Origin: Octopus sinensis
Lineage: Eukaryota
Direction: 5' to 3'
DNA length: 64,000 bases
Assembly (NCBI RefSeq): GCF_006345805.1
Contig: NC_043003.1
Span: forward strand, 57,784,001-57,848,000
The notes under the pieces were generated by a model. That model was not told where the DNA came from, made no database searches, and was given only the letters and a program-made list of their open reading frames with translations. Below are positions 37,138-49,738 of this stretch, piece after piece (the first letter of the stretch is position 1; every line of letters begins with the position of its first letter). The position numbers were made by a program, and so were the translations under genes.

Positions 37138-37449
37138 TATCACCGTGATCACCGTGACCGACCAGACTATCAGATGTTGTTACACATCGCTGGTCACAAT
37201 GTGCTTCGCATTGTTTTAGCCTTCAAATGACGCCACCCTGCTGGCTAAGCGAGCAGGCCAACAGAAGAAAGAGTGAGAGAAAGTTGTGGCGAAAGAGTAC
37301 AGCAGGGATCGCCACCACGCCCTGCCGGCGCCTCGTGGTGCTTTAGGTGTTTTTGCTCAATAAACACTCACAACGCCCGGTCTGGGAATTGAAACCGCGA
37401 TCCTACGACCGCGAGTCTGCTGCCCTAACAACTGGGCCATTGCACCTCC
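37138..37449 (-). mobile_element. SINE-C, young tRNA-derived SINE with (ggtgatcac) tail
   Basis: Minus-strand head ggaggtgcaatggcccagttgttagggcagcagactcgcggtcgtaggatcgcggtttcaattcccagaccgggcg; CpG-rich, with a different body from SINE-B. Confidence 0.8.
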
Positions 37450-38739
37450 ATACACACATATATATATATATGTATGTGTGTGTTTGCGTATAGGAAGGCT
37501 GTATAGTCTGTTTTTTGTGATGGTGATGTATGAGTGAGGTAGACACGGAATAATATTTTCTACAAATTTTCAGTGGAAATATCCTGAGACTAACTTAATG
37601 TAATAAATTATCTTTTAAGTGATATTCTATATACTCACACATGCACACAATCATACACACACAAAACACACTCACAGGCAGTCTCCTCTCTCTGTTTTCC
37701 CTCTTTCTTCACTCTCTGTCTGTCCCTCTCTCTCTCCTCTGAATCTCTCTCTCCTCTCACTCTCTCTCCTCTTACTCTCCTCTCTTCTCCCACTTCTCAC
37801 TCACTCTCCTCCTACTCTTTCTTCCTTCTCTCTCTCACTTTCTCTCCGTCTTTCCCCCTCTTGTCACTCTCTCTTCATTCTCACATCCTCCCTCCCCACC
37901 TCTCTTTCTCTCTCTCTCCATTATATTCATATACATTCACATAATTCTTAATATACCATTCCATCATTTTTCTCTTCTCTCTCCTCTCCTCTCTCTTCTC
38001 CTCTCTCTCTCTTTCTCTGTCTGTCTGTCTGTCTCTGTATCTCTCTCTATCTCTCTCTCTCTTCATTTTATTCATATACGTCCACATAGATCTCCTTATA
38101 CTGCTTTATCATTTCTCTTCTCTCTCTCTCCCCTGTCTCTCTCTCTCCCCTGTCTCTCTCCTCTCTATCAATCTATCTCTATACATATATATATATATAT
38201 ATATACAACACACACACATACACACATATATATATATACATACACACATATATACACACACCATTTTTCTCCTCCATTCTCTCTCTCTTAACATATCATG
38301 TGTCTGTCCATACAAACATACATGTGCATGTGTAATATATATACATAAATATATATATATGCATTTGTGTGTGTATATAATGTGACATATCCATACAAAC
38401 ACACACATCCATCTCTGTTCCCTGCACAAATAAGATGCAACTGTTCTCCTTTCTCCATTCACACCAAACATATTTTTATTTAGAATTTAATGTTTCGAAA
38501 TTTATACATATTTGATTTTGTATAAATTTGCGAAATAATTTCATTTCTACTATATTCTTTCACTTATTTATTTATTATTTATTTTTTTTTTTTAATTTTA
38601 AATTTAATCACCGAAAGTTCTAATTAAGAATAATTGAATATTTAAATTTTGGAAATCTACCAGAGAAATCTACTGGTGAATATTAATTTTGTTATGTATT
38701 TCTTAAGTTTCACTTACACGGCATGCTAACTGATCTCAA

Positions 38740-39480
38740 TGGGTTGTTCAATGCGTGTTGTTAGTGTTGTAGTTGGTAGTGGTGATAGTTGTAGTTGTTG
38801 TTGTGCCGATGTTGGTGAGATAGCGAAGGTGGTTTGCGTAATGATAGTGGTGGTGGTGGTAGTGGTAGTGGACGTGGTGGTGGTAGTTCTCTCGGTGGTC
38901 ATTCCATTTGGTGATGATCATGGAGGGTGTGGCTGGTAGTGGAGGTGGTAGTTGTCTCAGTGGTCATTCTATTTCAAGATCGTGGTGGTGGTGGTGGTGG
39001 TGGTGGTGATGATGTAGGTCGCTGTGGTGATGTTGATGCGATAGCTAAGGTGATGTGTGTAATGATTATGGTGATGGTAGTGGAGGAAGTGGTAATTGTC
39101 TTGGTGGTCAATTCTGTTTTGTGAACATAGCAGCGGTAGTGGTATTGGTGGTGATTGTAGTGATGTTCATATATGGTGGTGGTGGGGGTGTGGGGGGGGG
39201 TAGTCATTCCATTTTGTGATCGTGGTGGTACAGATGGTAGTAGAGGCTGTAGTTGTCTCAGTGGTCATTCCATTTCATGAGGGAGGGGAGATAGTGGAGG
39301 TAGTATTTGGCGTGGTGGTCATGCCACTTGATGATAGTGGTGGTAGTAGTAATGTTGGTAGTGGTGTTCAAATGCTGATGGCAGTGTTGGCAATAGTGGC
39401 AACGATGTTGATAGCTTTGACGGTAGTATCTTGTTATTTGTGGCATAGCTATTTGTGGTCATTGCATTAGTACACATGGT
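38740..39480. repeat. GTG/GTA low-complexity region with recurring gtagttgtctcagtggtcattccattt unit
   Basis: About six degenerate copies. Confidence 0.8.
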
Positions 39481-39765
39481 CATGAGGTTTGGGATGGTGT
39501 TGGCAGAGATGGGGATAACGGTTATTGTTGGTCATCATATTTGATAAAAGCAGCGTTACTGTTGGCAATGATGACATCAATGATGATGATTGTGATGCTG
39601 GTGTTGATAGTGACCACACTGGTTGAGACAGTAGTCCTGTTGGTGGTGTTGATTGTAGAGGTGGTGGTGGTGGTGGTGTCGACTTACCCCCTCCTCGAAG
39701 TTTCTGGCCTTGTGCCAAAATTTAAACCACTGTTAAGCTTACTTGTATGTATGTCTTAAATTTCA

Positions 39766-40125
39766 CAAGCATGGCGTGGTGGTAAGAAGCTTGCTTCCCA
39801 ACCACACAATTCTGAGTTCAGTCCCACTACATGGCACCCTGGCTAAGTGTCTTCTACTTTAGCCTTGGGCCAACCAAAGCCTTTTGAGTGAATTTGGTAG
39901 ACAGAAACTGAAAAAAGCCCGTCGTATATATATGCTTGTCCCTTCACCATTGCTTGACAACGGATATTGGTATGTTTACATCCCCCACAACTTAGCGGTT
40001 CAGCAAAAGAGACTGATAGAATAAGTACTAGGTTCACAACGAATAAGTCCTGGGGCCGATTCGTTCGGCTAGAGGTGGTGCCCCCAGCATGGCCACAGTC
40101 AAATGACTGAAAGAAGCGAAAGAGT
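39766..40125 (+). mobile_element. SINE-A
   Basis: Full length, with a short internal tract. Confidence 0.9.
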
Positions 40126-40520
40126 ATACACCCTCTTCCTCACTAATCTTTAAAACAAAATATGGTTGCTCCACGATGGACCTAGGTGTACTTTGAGGAT
40201 TAAACCAAAATAATAAAGAACTAAAAGGATTTAGCGGCGGCCCTCATTTGGAAAACTGTGACAAAATAACAGCAGATATTTTGAATCCTCACTAACAAGG
40301 CTCTGATCAAATAAAAGTTAGCTAACAAGGCCAAGTCAACAACATTATCAACAAGCATAACATTTATTCAAGTTGATAGTAAATCCACATTTCCTTTACA
40401 GGAATAGATTTGTTAAAAATGAATAAGTTTCAATCCCTATCTTAGTTTATTTAGAAATTTTTTATTATTTTTCCTATTACTATTATTATTATTATTATTA
40501 TTATTAGATTATCATTGTTA

Positions 40521-40560
<40 letters not shown>

Positions 40561-41225
40561 TATTATTATTATTATTATTGCTTTTATTTTAGGGAGCTTA
40601 TTTGTCTTATTTTTAGGCAAGGGTGGTCTCCCTGCTGTTTTTCATTTCATTTTTATTTTATTTTATTTTATTTTTCCTTCCCTTTCTCCTTCTGCTCCTG
40701 CCCCCCCCCCCCGCCGAACCCCTTCACACCAACCCCACCATCACCACCATCCAGTTCGCCGCCCCCACCCTCCCACCTACCGCACGCCGTTATTCCTTCC
40801 CAATCTGGAGAAAGGATTTTCTTCAGTTTAGTTTTATATTTTCGTTTCTAATCTTATTCTAAACTTCTAAAAAGAGAGCTAACTGCTAAATATTTTTGCA
40901 GTAAACACACACACACACACAGGTGGTCGTCGGTTGGTCAGGGTCAGTGGAATAAGACAGGAGAGAGAGATAGAAGGAGACCGGGACTGGGAAGAGGGTG
41001 AGCATGGTGTGAAGCCCCCACCATTGGTTGGTTGGCTGGTTAGTTATAAAAGGGTGTGGGTAAGGTGTTCCCTACTGGTTCAGTGGTTTGTTAGTAGACT
41101 AAACCCATATCATTCTTGTTTACATAATCTGTGTGTGTAATATATATATATATATATATATATACACACCCACACACCCACAGATGTATATACACACAGG
41201 TGTCACAGAAAATACACTCATGCAT

Positions 41226-41538
41226 TTATTCTTTGTAAGCCCAGTACTTATTCTATCGGTTTCTTTTGCCAAACCGCTAAGTTCCGGGGACGTAAACACA
41301 CCAACATCGGTTGTCAATTGATGGTAAGGCAACAAACACAGACACACAAACATATATATATATGTATATATATACGACAGGCTTCTTTCGGTTTCCGTCC
41401 ACCTGATCCACTCACAAGGCTTTGGTCGGCCCGAGACTATAGTAGAAGACACTTGCCCAAGGTGCCATGCAGTGGGACTGAACCCGGAACCATGTGGTTG
41501 GTAAGCAAGCTACTTACCACACACCCACTCTTGTGCCT
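41226..41538 (-). mobile_element. SINE-A lacking its 3' tail
   Basis: Head and body present. Confidence 0.9.
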
Positions 41539-42194
41539 ATATACACACACACACACATATATATATATCTATATACAAACACATAGATATGTGTATATAT
41601 TTGTGACCATAACCTAGCAAGAATAACTGCTTTTGCCGTGTGCTTGGCACAAGTATGGCTAACTTAATGCTACTGCTACCTTCACTACTTCTGCTCCTCT
41701 ATTAATTGACTCTTTCATCAGTTAACTAATTCCATTTTCATGATTACCATTTTATTTTTTCCTCTCTCTCTCAGTTATTTATTGGTTTGGTCTGGATAAA
41801 GAGGATGTGTCCGTGGTCCATTCATTAAGTTCCTGTGAGATGCAGTTTGATCTGAGATTGACATGACATGACTTTAGCTTTAATGTGTCTCTCGAATAGT
41901 TGCAAGTTAATAGATGCAGAGAAGAGCTTACAAGACAAAACATACCAATACCATTTTACAACTGGTGGAAACTAAGACTTAATAATGAGAAATAATAAAT
42001 TTTCCATCATTGGTTGTCTCCCTTTCATTTTTCTTCTCACTTTCTGTCTCTCCTCTGTCTGTTTGTCTCTCTTTCAGTATTTCCTCATCTCTCTTCTTTT
42101 CACTCCTCTCTATCTCTCTCACTAATACTCTCTCACAGATGAATGTTATCCAATATGACGTACAACATGTACCCACTGGCCTTGTGTCAAATGA

Positions 42195-42407
42195 TCTTTT
42201 CTACTCCAGGCACACGGCCCAAAATTTTAGGGGAGGAGCCAGTCGATTAGGTCGACCCCAATATGCGACTCGTACTTAATTTATCAACTCCGAAAGGATG
42301 AAAGGTAAAGTCGACTTCGACAGAATTTGAACACAGAGCGTAAAGACGAAATACCGCTAAGCATTTTGCCCGGTATGCTAAATGTTTCTACCAGATCACT
42401 GCCTTAT
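42195..42407 (-). mobile_element. SINE-D
   Basis: Homologous to 21101-21318. Confidence 0.85.
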
Positions 42408-42449
42408 GTCAAATATTAGAAAGAATTATTATTATTTATTATTATTATT

Positions 42450-42792
42450 AAGGTGGCAAGCTGGCAGAATTGTTAGCATGCCAGATGAAATGCTTAGAGG
42501 CATTTTGTCTGTCTTTACATTGTGAGTTCAAATTCCACCAAAGTCGACTTTATTTTTCATCTTTTCTGGGTCAATAAAATAAGTACCAGTTGAGCACTGG
42601 GGTCGATGTAATTGGCTTAATCCCCCCCAGAAGACCTTCTCAGTTCAAATTCCTCCGAGGTTGACTTTGCCTTTCATTTCATCAGGGTCAATGAAATAAG
42701 TACTTGTTAGACACTGGGGGTCAATGTAGTTGATTTACCCCCTCGTTCAAAATCTCTAGCCTTGTACCAAAATTTGGAATCATTATTATTTA
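42450..42792 (+). mobile_element. Two tandem SINE-D copies (42450-42632 and 5'-truncated 42638-42792)
   Basis: Repeated gttcaaattcc..gtcgacttt..ttcatc..gtcaat.aaataagtac..cactgggg. Confidence 0.82.
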
Positions 42793-44029
42793 TGAGCACC
42801 GTTCCATCAGGGAAAGGTTTGGTCTTTTACAATTTGTATTTGCTGCATTCCCAAAAGAAGAAAAAAAACCCTTACGAAAAAATAAACAATAACAAATAAA
42901 CAAAAAAATCTAAAACAAATCTCTCCTGGTTATGCCGTCTTTCATTTATAGACATGCTTCATGAATTTTTACTTCTTTTTTTTTTTCCTCTTGCCTTCAT
43001 ATGTTTTGGGGGGTTTATTTGTTTTGTTCCTGTTAGAATAATAAAGACACCGCAAAGTGAAAAGTGTCAATTGTGCCAACTTAGCATGAAATTTTTCATA
43101 ATTATTTTCATTTCATATAATGAAAATTTGGTGAAAGAAATCTGAAATTGAACTTCTCAAAGTCTAAACAGAACCAGAATTCAATGGGCATTATGCTCTG
43201 CCATCACTTATTGCTGTGGTCCTTCTTGTTGTTATTGTGGCTGTTTTTTTTTTTTGTTTTTTTTAATGTTTGTTTTTTGATGGCTTGGGTACTTTTGTCT
43301 GTTCTCTCTCTCTTAACAAATTCTAAAATAATGGTGATAACCATTTCAGGGGTTGGAAAAAAACGAACCAAAAAAAAAAAAAGAACCGCTTGTGTGTAGT
43401 TGTGTGTGAAAATATTTGTGTGTAGTTTTGGGGGGTATGTGGGTGGGGGAGATTTTTAAAAATTTGTTTTTCATTTGTTTTTGTTTTGTTTATGTCATGT
43501 TTATAATAAAAAGAAAACTTGTGAATTTTTATGAATTTTAATGAAAGTGGAATGTTTTAAGAAACAAACACTCCAGATCTCTGTTGCTATATATATATAT
43601 TTACACAGAATCCATAACGGCGTGGGGAGAAGGATGGGTTCTCATTCCATTACAATCACTATTAATGCTACCACAACTAAGACAACATCGTTACTACCAC
43701 TACTACTACTAATAATAGTCATACCCTCATCAATAGTCTAACATCATTACTATCACTATCACCACCACCATCATCACCACCACCACCACCGCTGTGACCA
43801 TTATCACAAATGCCATCACCAGCAGATCCGACCCTACCACCACCACCCTCCACCATTACCATAGCAACCAGTGTTACTATCACAATTATCACCACTCCAA
43901 TCACAAACGCCACCACTATTATTATGAGAACGACTACAGCCATTGTCACATACAGATCACTGCCAACGCTATCACCTATTTTTGCCACATCATCATCATC
44001 ATCAACAGCTTCACCACCACCCATCATCA

Positions 44030-44285
44030 TTGGCAACACCTCCATCGCCGACACTTCTATCGCTGGACACATCCATCGCCGACATCTCCATCGCTGGACA
44101 CCTCCGTCGCTAGACACCACCGTCGCCGACACCTCCGTCACCAACACCTCCGTCGCCGACACCTCCGTCGCTGCACACCTCCATCGCCGACACCTCCATC
44201 GCTGACACCTCCATCGCCGACACCTCCATCGCCGACACCTCCATCGCCGGACACCTCCATCACCGACACCTCCGTTGCCAACACG
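44030..44285. repeat. 15(16)-bp minisatellite gacacctccatcgc(c/t), about 16 units
   Basis: Read directly; embedded in a CAC/CAT-rich tract at 43740-44575. Confidence 0.95.
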
Positions 44286-45224
44286 TTGATTGCCAAAACT
44301 ACTATCACCACCATCGCCATCACTACCAACACCACTACCATCACTGTCACCACCATCCACACTACCCCAAGCAAGACCACAACCTCCATCACCATCATCA
44401 TCATTGCCAACACACCCATCACTACCATCAACACCCCATCTGCTTTTGCCAACACCATCATCACCACCATCACCACCACCTCCACTACCCACCGCCATCA
44501 CCACTACTGACCAGTAAACCCCACCCCTTCCACCATGCAAACACCACCACTACCCACCGCCATCAGCACCCACCACCACCTCTCTAAAAAAGACGCTTAT
44601 TTCGATGTTGGTGACGGGAAGAAGATGCTGATCGTCATCTTTGCGCCCTCGTTACCTCGTTAGCTGCATCATAGCGCAACACAGCAGCGTGTATAAATGT
44701 CTTCTTCGTTTGCATTTGGTTTCATTGCTATTGCATTGTGTCACTTCGCAAAAACCAAAAAACCCCCAAAAAAAAAACCAACCTGACAACCTAGGAGGGG
44801 GAGGAGGAGGAGGAGGAGGAGGGAATTGTAGGTGGGGGGAAGCAGAATTTTTTGTTTGTTTGTTCGTTTTTCTTTGTTTTTTGACATGTTTATTATTAGT
44901 GGTCTCCCCCACCCCCACCCCCGTTTCCTTTTTTTTTTCTGCTAGGAGAGGAGAGTGATCCATAGTTATGTTCTTCTTGTTGCACATTTTTTTTGTTGAG
45001 GGGGGGCGGACAAGGAAGAGTTGTATTTTCAGGGATGGATTTTGTTTTCATTCCATGCTTTTTGAAGCAGCAGCAGCAGCAGTAGTTGTAGTAGTAGTGA
45101 TGGTGGTGGTGATGGTGGTGATGATGGTGGTGGTGGTAGTGATGTTTTTTGGAAAGAGAGAGCAAGTGAAATGAAATGTTGGTTTTTTTTTTTTTAACTA
45201 TCATCAACATCATCATCATCGTTG

Positions 45225-45263
<39 letters not shown>

Positions 45264-45419
45264 GTGGTGTTTGTGGTAGTGATGTCATTAACGGCGAAGG
45301 TAGTCGTGTTTGTGTGAGAACGTGTGTGTGTGTGTGCGTCAGTGTAAAAGAAAAGGGAGGAGCTAAAACAACAGAAAATGATGTGGGGTAGAAGCCCTTC
45401 CACATACACACACACACAC

Positions 45420-45560
45420 ATACAGACACACAAGCACAAGAACACATGAGCACACACACACACACACACAAGCACACATGAGCACACACACACACGCACA
45501 CACAAGCACACATGAGCACACACACATGCACACACACAAGCACACATGAGCGCACACACA
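45420..45560. repeat. Higher-order (CA)-based minisatellite acacaagcacacatgagc
   Basis: About five units. Confidence 0.8.
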
Positions 45561-46197
45561 CACATATGTACATATGTACACACACCTACATAGACACACA
45601 CACATAAATGCACATGCACATATCTTGCTCCCATGTACATACATGTGTGTTGAGGTAATATGTTTATTGCATGTGTATAGATGTGTGTGTGTGTGTGTAT
45701 TTGCATGTTCATAAATTACACCTGCACACATGCACTTACACAGGCGCACACATACTCACACACTCACAAACACACACACACACACACCACACACACACAC
45801 ATGCTCATATGAAAACCTGCAAGATTTCATTAGAGAGCAGGAATTGAAGAATCATAGCTTAGAATTCTTTAATTGTAATGTGGTTAACGGAGCTCCTCCT
45901 GTGAGGATCTAAATGTGTACCGTGACGCAGGTGGTGGCGCCGACAACAGGGGAGGTCTGTGGCAACAGCGACATCAACAACAATCAGGAAAAGAAGCAGG
46001 AAAAGTGTGCTTGGCAATCGGCATTATTATTATTATCATTATTATTATTATAATCATTATTATTATTATTATTATTGTTATTGTTATTGTTATTGTTGTT
46101 GTTGTTTAGAGCATTAGACAGGAATATGTTGCAGTGTTTCGTCTCGGTGATTTACAATTCTCGGTTCAAATCCTGTTGAGCTCCATTCTATCCTCTT

Positions 46198-46345
46198 TTC
46201 TTTTTTTCTCTTTTACTGTTTTACTTGTCTCAGTCATTTGACCGCGGCCATGCTGGAGCACCGCCTTTAGTCGAGCAACTCGACCCCCAGGACTTATTCT
46301 TTGGAATCCTAGCACTTACTCTATCGGTCTCTTTTTGCCAAAACA
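46198..46345 (-). mobile_element. SINE-A 3' end, abutting a SINE-E tail (46345-46452, +)
   Basis: Tail and body motifs present. Confidence 0.85.
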
Positions 46346-46639
46346 GACTATGGAACCTGATGCAGCCCCTGGTCTTACCAGCTTCTGTCAAATCGTCCAA
46401 CCCATGCCAGCATGGGAAATGGACATTAAATGATGATGATGATGATGATGATGATTCCAAATTTATGGCCTCTTGCCTATGTTATAGATCAGGGGTTCTC
46501 AACTAGGGTTTTCATAACCATTGGGGGTTCATATAAGAGTTTGTTGTTAAAGATTACATGCAATGTAATTATACATCTACAACACATTTTTAAACATGGA
46601 ACGGCTTTGTATTCTACTAATTTGCTACAGCATTCATCC

Positions 46640-46735
46640 AGGGTGGATTAAAACTGTCATCGCTTCTGATCTTAACTGATTGAAATTGCTATCATGTATA
46701 TGTTTCATCTTGCCATAAAAGATGGGCTACAGCAA
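46640..46735 (+). mobile_element. Family G fragment
   Basis: gcttctgatcttaactgatt...ataaaagatgggctacagcaaa is the reverse complement of 19200-19275. Confidence 0.7.
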
Positions 46736-47048
46736 AAGAGGAAAGTGTCTGTCTTTAGCCCTTTCAAACAGGCCCACCATACTACCTCTATCGCCACAGC
46801 CACTAGACAAATACAAATTGCCTGCCTCTCCCGGCCAAAAGAGGGTAGCGGGGGTCAATCTTCACAATGGTTTCAGCTGATAATCGAATCCATCCTACAC
46901 ATGACAACAGGTGTTCGACATAAACCCATTGGTCAGCAATACTCAGGCACTGGACTACAGTGTGCAGAATGGTTTCATTGATCTGGGCACACATCAGGCA
47001 GCCCCAGCTGATGGCACTTCTGTGCATGTAAAGTTTATCTGCTGAGCT
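46736..47048 (-). mobile_element. Tx1/L1-like LINE ORF2 C-terminal fragment (CCHC zinc knuckle), frameshifted
   Basis: DKLYMHRSAISWGCLMCAQINETILHTVVQCLSIADQWVYVEHLLSCVGWIRLSAETIVKIDP contains the C-x2-C-x4-ET-x2-H-x4-C motif. After a frameshift it continues PSFGRERQAICICLVAVAIEVVWWACLKGLKTDTF, typical of L1/Tx1 ORF2 C-termini. Confidence 0.75.
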
Positions 47049-47051
47049 TGG

Positions 47052-47195
47052 CTTTGCCTTCAATCTTTTTAGAGTTGATGTAATAACTACTAGTTGCACA
47101 CTGGAGTTGATGTGATGTACTAGCTCCCCTCCCTTCACATTTCAGGCTTTGTGCCTGCAGCAGAAAGGATTATTATTATTATTATTATTATTATC
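47052..47195 (+). mobile_element. SINE-D 3' part, decayed
   Basis: ctttgccttcaatc...caggctttgtgcctgcagcagaaagga(tta)n. Confidence 0.72.
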
Positions 47196-47807
47196 ATTAT
47201 TGCTAATATGAAACAGTAGTTGTAGTGGTCATTGTTGGAGTGATCTTGGTGGCTGATCATGGTGACGGTGGTGTTGGATGCAGTGGTAGATTATACAAGT
47301 AACGCAAATCAATAACATTTGAAGGAGGATAAGTGTTGTTGACGACGATGTGGTCTGTCATGGTCATTATGACAGTGACAACAATTGCAATGGTTTCGTT
47401 CGTTATCCCTATTATTATTATTATTATTATTATCACTACTCCCACTATTATTTTTATCATCATCATCATCATCATCATCATCATTCTGCTAATATGAAAC
47501 ATTGGTTTTAAAATGTGTGAAAACTTAATAGTGATGTGTCTCATTTTTGTTCTTCAGAGATTTCATCTTTTTATTTTTAGTTATTCCATTTTTTTTTTTA
47601 CAATTATATCCTTTTTGTATTTTTCTTGCTTTCTATCCTCTCTCTCCCCCCACCTCCCACCCATTTTCATTGATTTTTTTTTTATATAGTATTCTATAAT
47701 TCATTTATTTATTTATTCGTTCATTATTTGGTTGTTATTCTTCATTTAACGGCAATGAATAGTGTCAATTCTATAGAGCTAATATTGGTTCACTCCTGGA
47801 ATGTTAC

Positions 47808-47872
47808 CGACAGTTTAACATTACAACCCAAATACAACTGGTGTCTCTCTCTTGGAACTACTCCTTTATATA
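47808..47872 (-). promoter_or_regulatory. Candidate TATA + Inr core promoter with a 32-nt first exon
   Basis: On the minus strand, TATAAAG starts at 47870, exactly -31 from the A of ccAGTT (47839). A donor-like TCG|GTAACA follows at 47808/47807. Motif geometry only. Confidence 0.3.
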
Positions 47873-48775
47873 ATTTTATGTTTATTTAATTTACTCTCAA
47901 GACGTATCAGATTTTTTATTTTTTATTTTTTTGGTATTGTTACAAATTTATGGTGGAAAGGAAAAAAAAAAGGAGAAGAAAAAACTTCTTTTTTTTTTTA
48001 TACTGCAGAGCAAGCAATTTGAAACTCACACCTCTTGATTTGTTTATTAATGTTTGAGTTTTAATATTTACTCAACTTTGTCCCAAGATAATTTATTTTA
48101 TGACAATGATTATGATGGATTTGAAACATGATGAGTAAGCAGTTTCAAATCTGCTTCCTTGCACTTAAATATGCCATCTGTGATAATTGCAGTGATGGCT
48201 TATAGTCGAAGATGCTTTAGATTTGGCAATCATGGTAATGATGATGGTGATGATCTAGACTGAAATTCCTGCATTTTGAAATTCCTAGTAAACAGTTTCA
48301 AATCCATCCCTTTACTTTCCACAACTGCAACGTTTTAAATTCATGTTTTAACTCTTTTCTTACAAACCTGCTTTAGATCATGGAAAAGTGCATGTTAAAA
48401 CAATGATGATGATAATACATCAGTCCGGTACTTTGTCTGGTGCTTATTTCATCCTATATACTAATTATATATCTGTATCAGTAATCATGGATTTTTGTCT
48501 TAGCATACAATTGCTAGTCAATACTTGTTATTGATGAAGCTCAAAGACACAGAAATGCACAGTTAGCAACGCCATCACCACTGCCAGTCAATTTTCATCT
48601 GCTTCTCGCATATTTTTGTACTTTTTAACGCTGTACATCTATAGTAGATACTATCTTGCAACAAAAATACCTCAGTTAACTTGGCTTTCCATGATGTATC
48701 TGCATTAGGTATGATACATAGGTTACTATTTTAAACTAATATTGCTTCTGTTGCACAGAAATAATAACCAGTTTT

Positions 48776-48847
48776 TCACAGAGCATAGTATCAATTTACC
48801 GACCCCTAGGTTATGGGTCCAGCATGCTTCCACTGCATCACTCTGCT
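48776..48847 (-). pseudogene. tRNA-iMet-CAT: Initiator tRNA-Met (CAT) pseudogene, full length
   Basis: Minus strand AGCAGAGTGATGCAGTGGAAGCATGCTGGACCCATAACCTAGGGGTCGGTAAATTGATACTATGCTCTGTGA is gap-free colinear with the conserved metazoan iMet tRNA (56/72 identical to the vertebrate sequence as recalled). Anticodon loop CCCATAA is intact; several changes are CpG-type transitions; the acceptor stem 3' side is broken. Confidence 0.88.
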
Positions 48848-49456
48848 TAATGCAAAAACTTCAGCAAATATGTAATGTATTTAATGTATTATGTTTTATA
48901 TTGTCTGTTCTGAGTTGTATTGCTTCTATCACATCATCCATCATATTCTATAAATGTTTCTCCCTAGTGCAGAAGAAGCAAGCTTGCTAGTCCATCTACT
49001 ATAATAATTGGTAATGTGTCTTCATCTCTTTCTCTCTTCCTCTCGTTGCACATCAAAGACAATTAGCTGCTATGATATTTTTACTGTCTCTCTGTATTTT
49101 TATTGAATCACTGACAAGTCCCTTCAGTTTGCTGGCAACTGAGTAGCAATGTACTTAATAAGTTTAACTGTCAATAAAGAAATTGTGTTTCGTTATATTT
49201 TATTATTTAATAAATGATAAAGAGGGAAACATGTATTTTATTCAATTAATTCCTTTAAATGCAATTTGCCTGAACATTCATCTCCATCCATGGATTTTTC
49301 CATGGGTGCCCACTCATTTTATTAAAGACAAAAAGGAAATGCCTTCTTTGACGTTAAGAGAAGATAATATGTATGGACTTAAATACAGTGTCTCTATGAA
49401 TGCACTATCCAATGTGTCATTCTGTCTCTAAATGATGTAAGAGATATTTTGGCTGC

Positions 49457-49492
<36 letters not shown>

Positions 49493-49496
49493 ATAT

Positions 49497-49707
49497 ACTC
49501 TCTTTTACTTGTTTCAGTCATTTGACTGTGGCCATGCTGGAGCACTGCCTTTAGTCGAGGAAATCGACCCCCAGGTCTTATTTTTTGTAAGCCTAGTACT
49601 TATTCTATCGGTCTCTTTTGCCGAACCGCTAAGTTACAGTGACGTAAACACACCAGCATCAGTTGACAAGCAATGTTGGGGGGACAAACACAGACACACA
49701 AACACAA

Positions 49708-49738
<31 letters not shown>

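Noticed and set aside
45935-45953. tggcgccgacaacagggga resembling a tRNA-Lys primer-binding site
   Set aside because: The match is imperfect, and there is no adjacent TG...CA LTR or gag/pol sequence.
48850-49440. Possibly decayed coding sequence on the minus strand
   Set aside because: Multiple stops in all frames I translated and no motif I could recognise; needs BLASTX.
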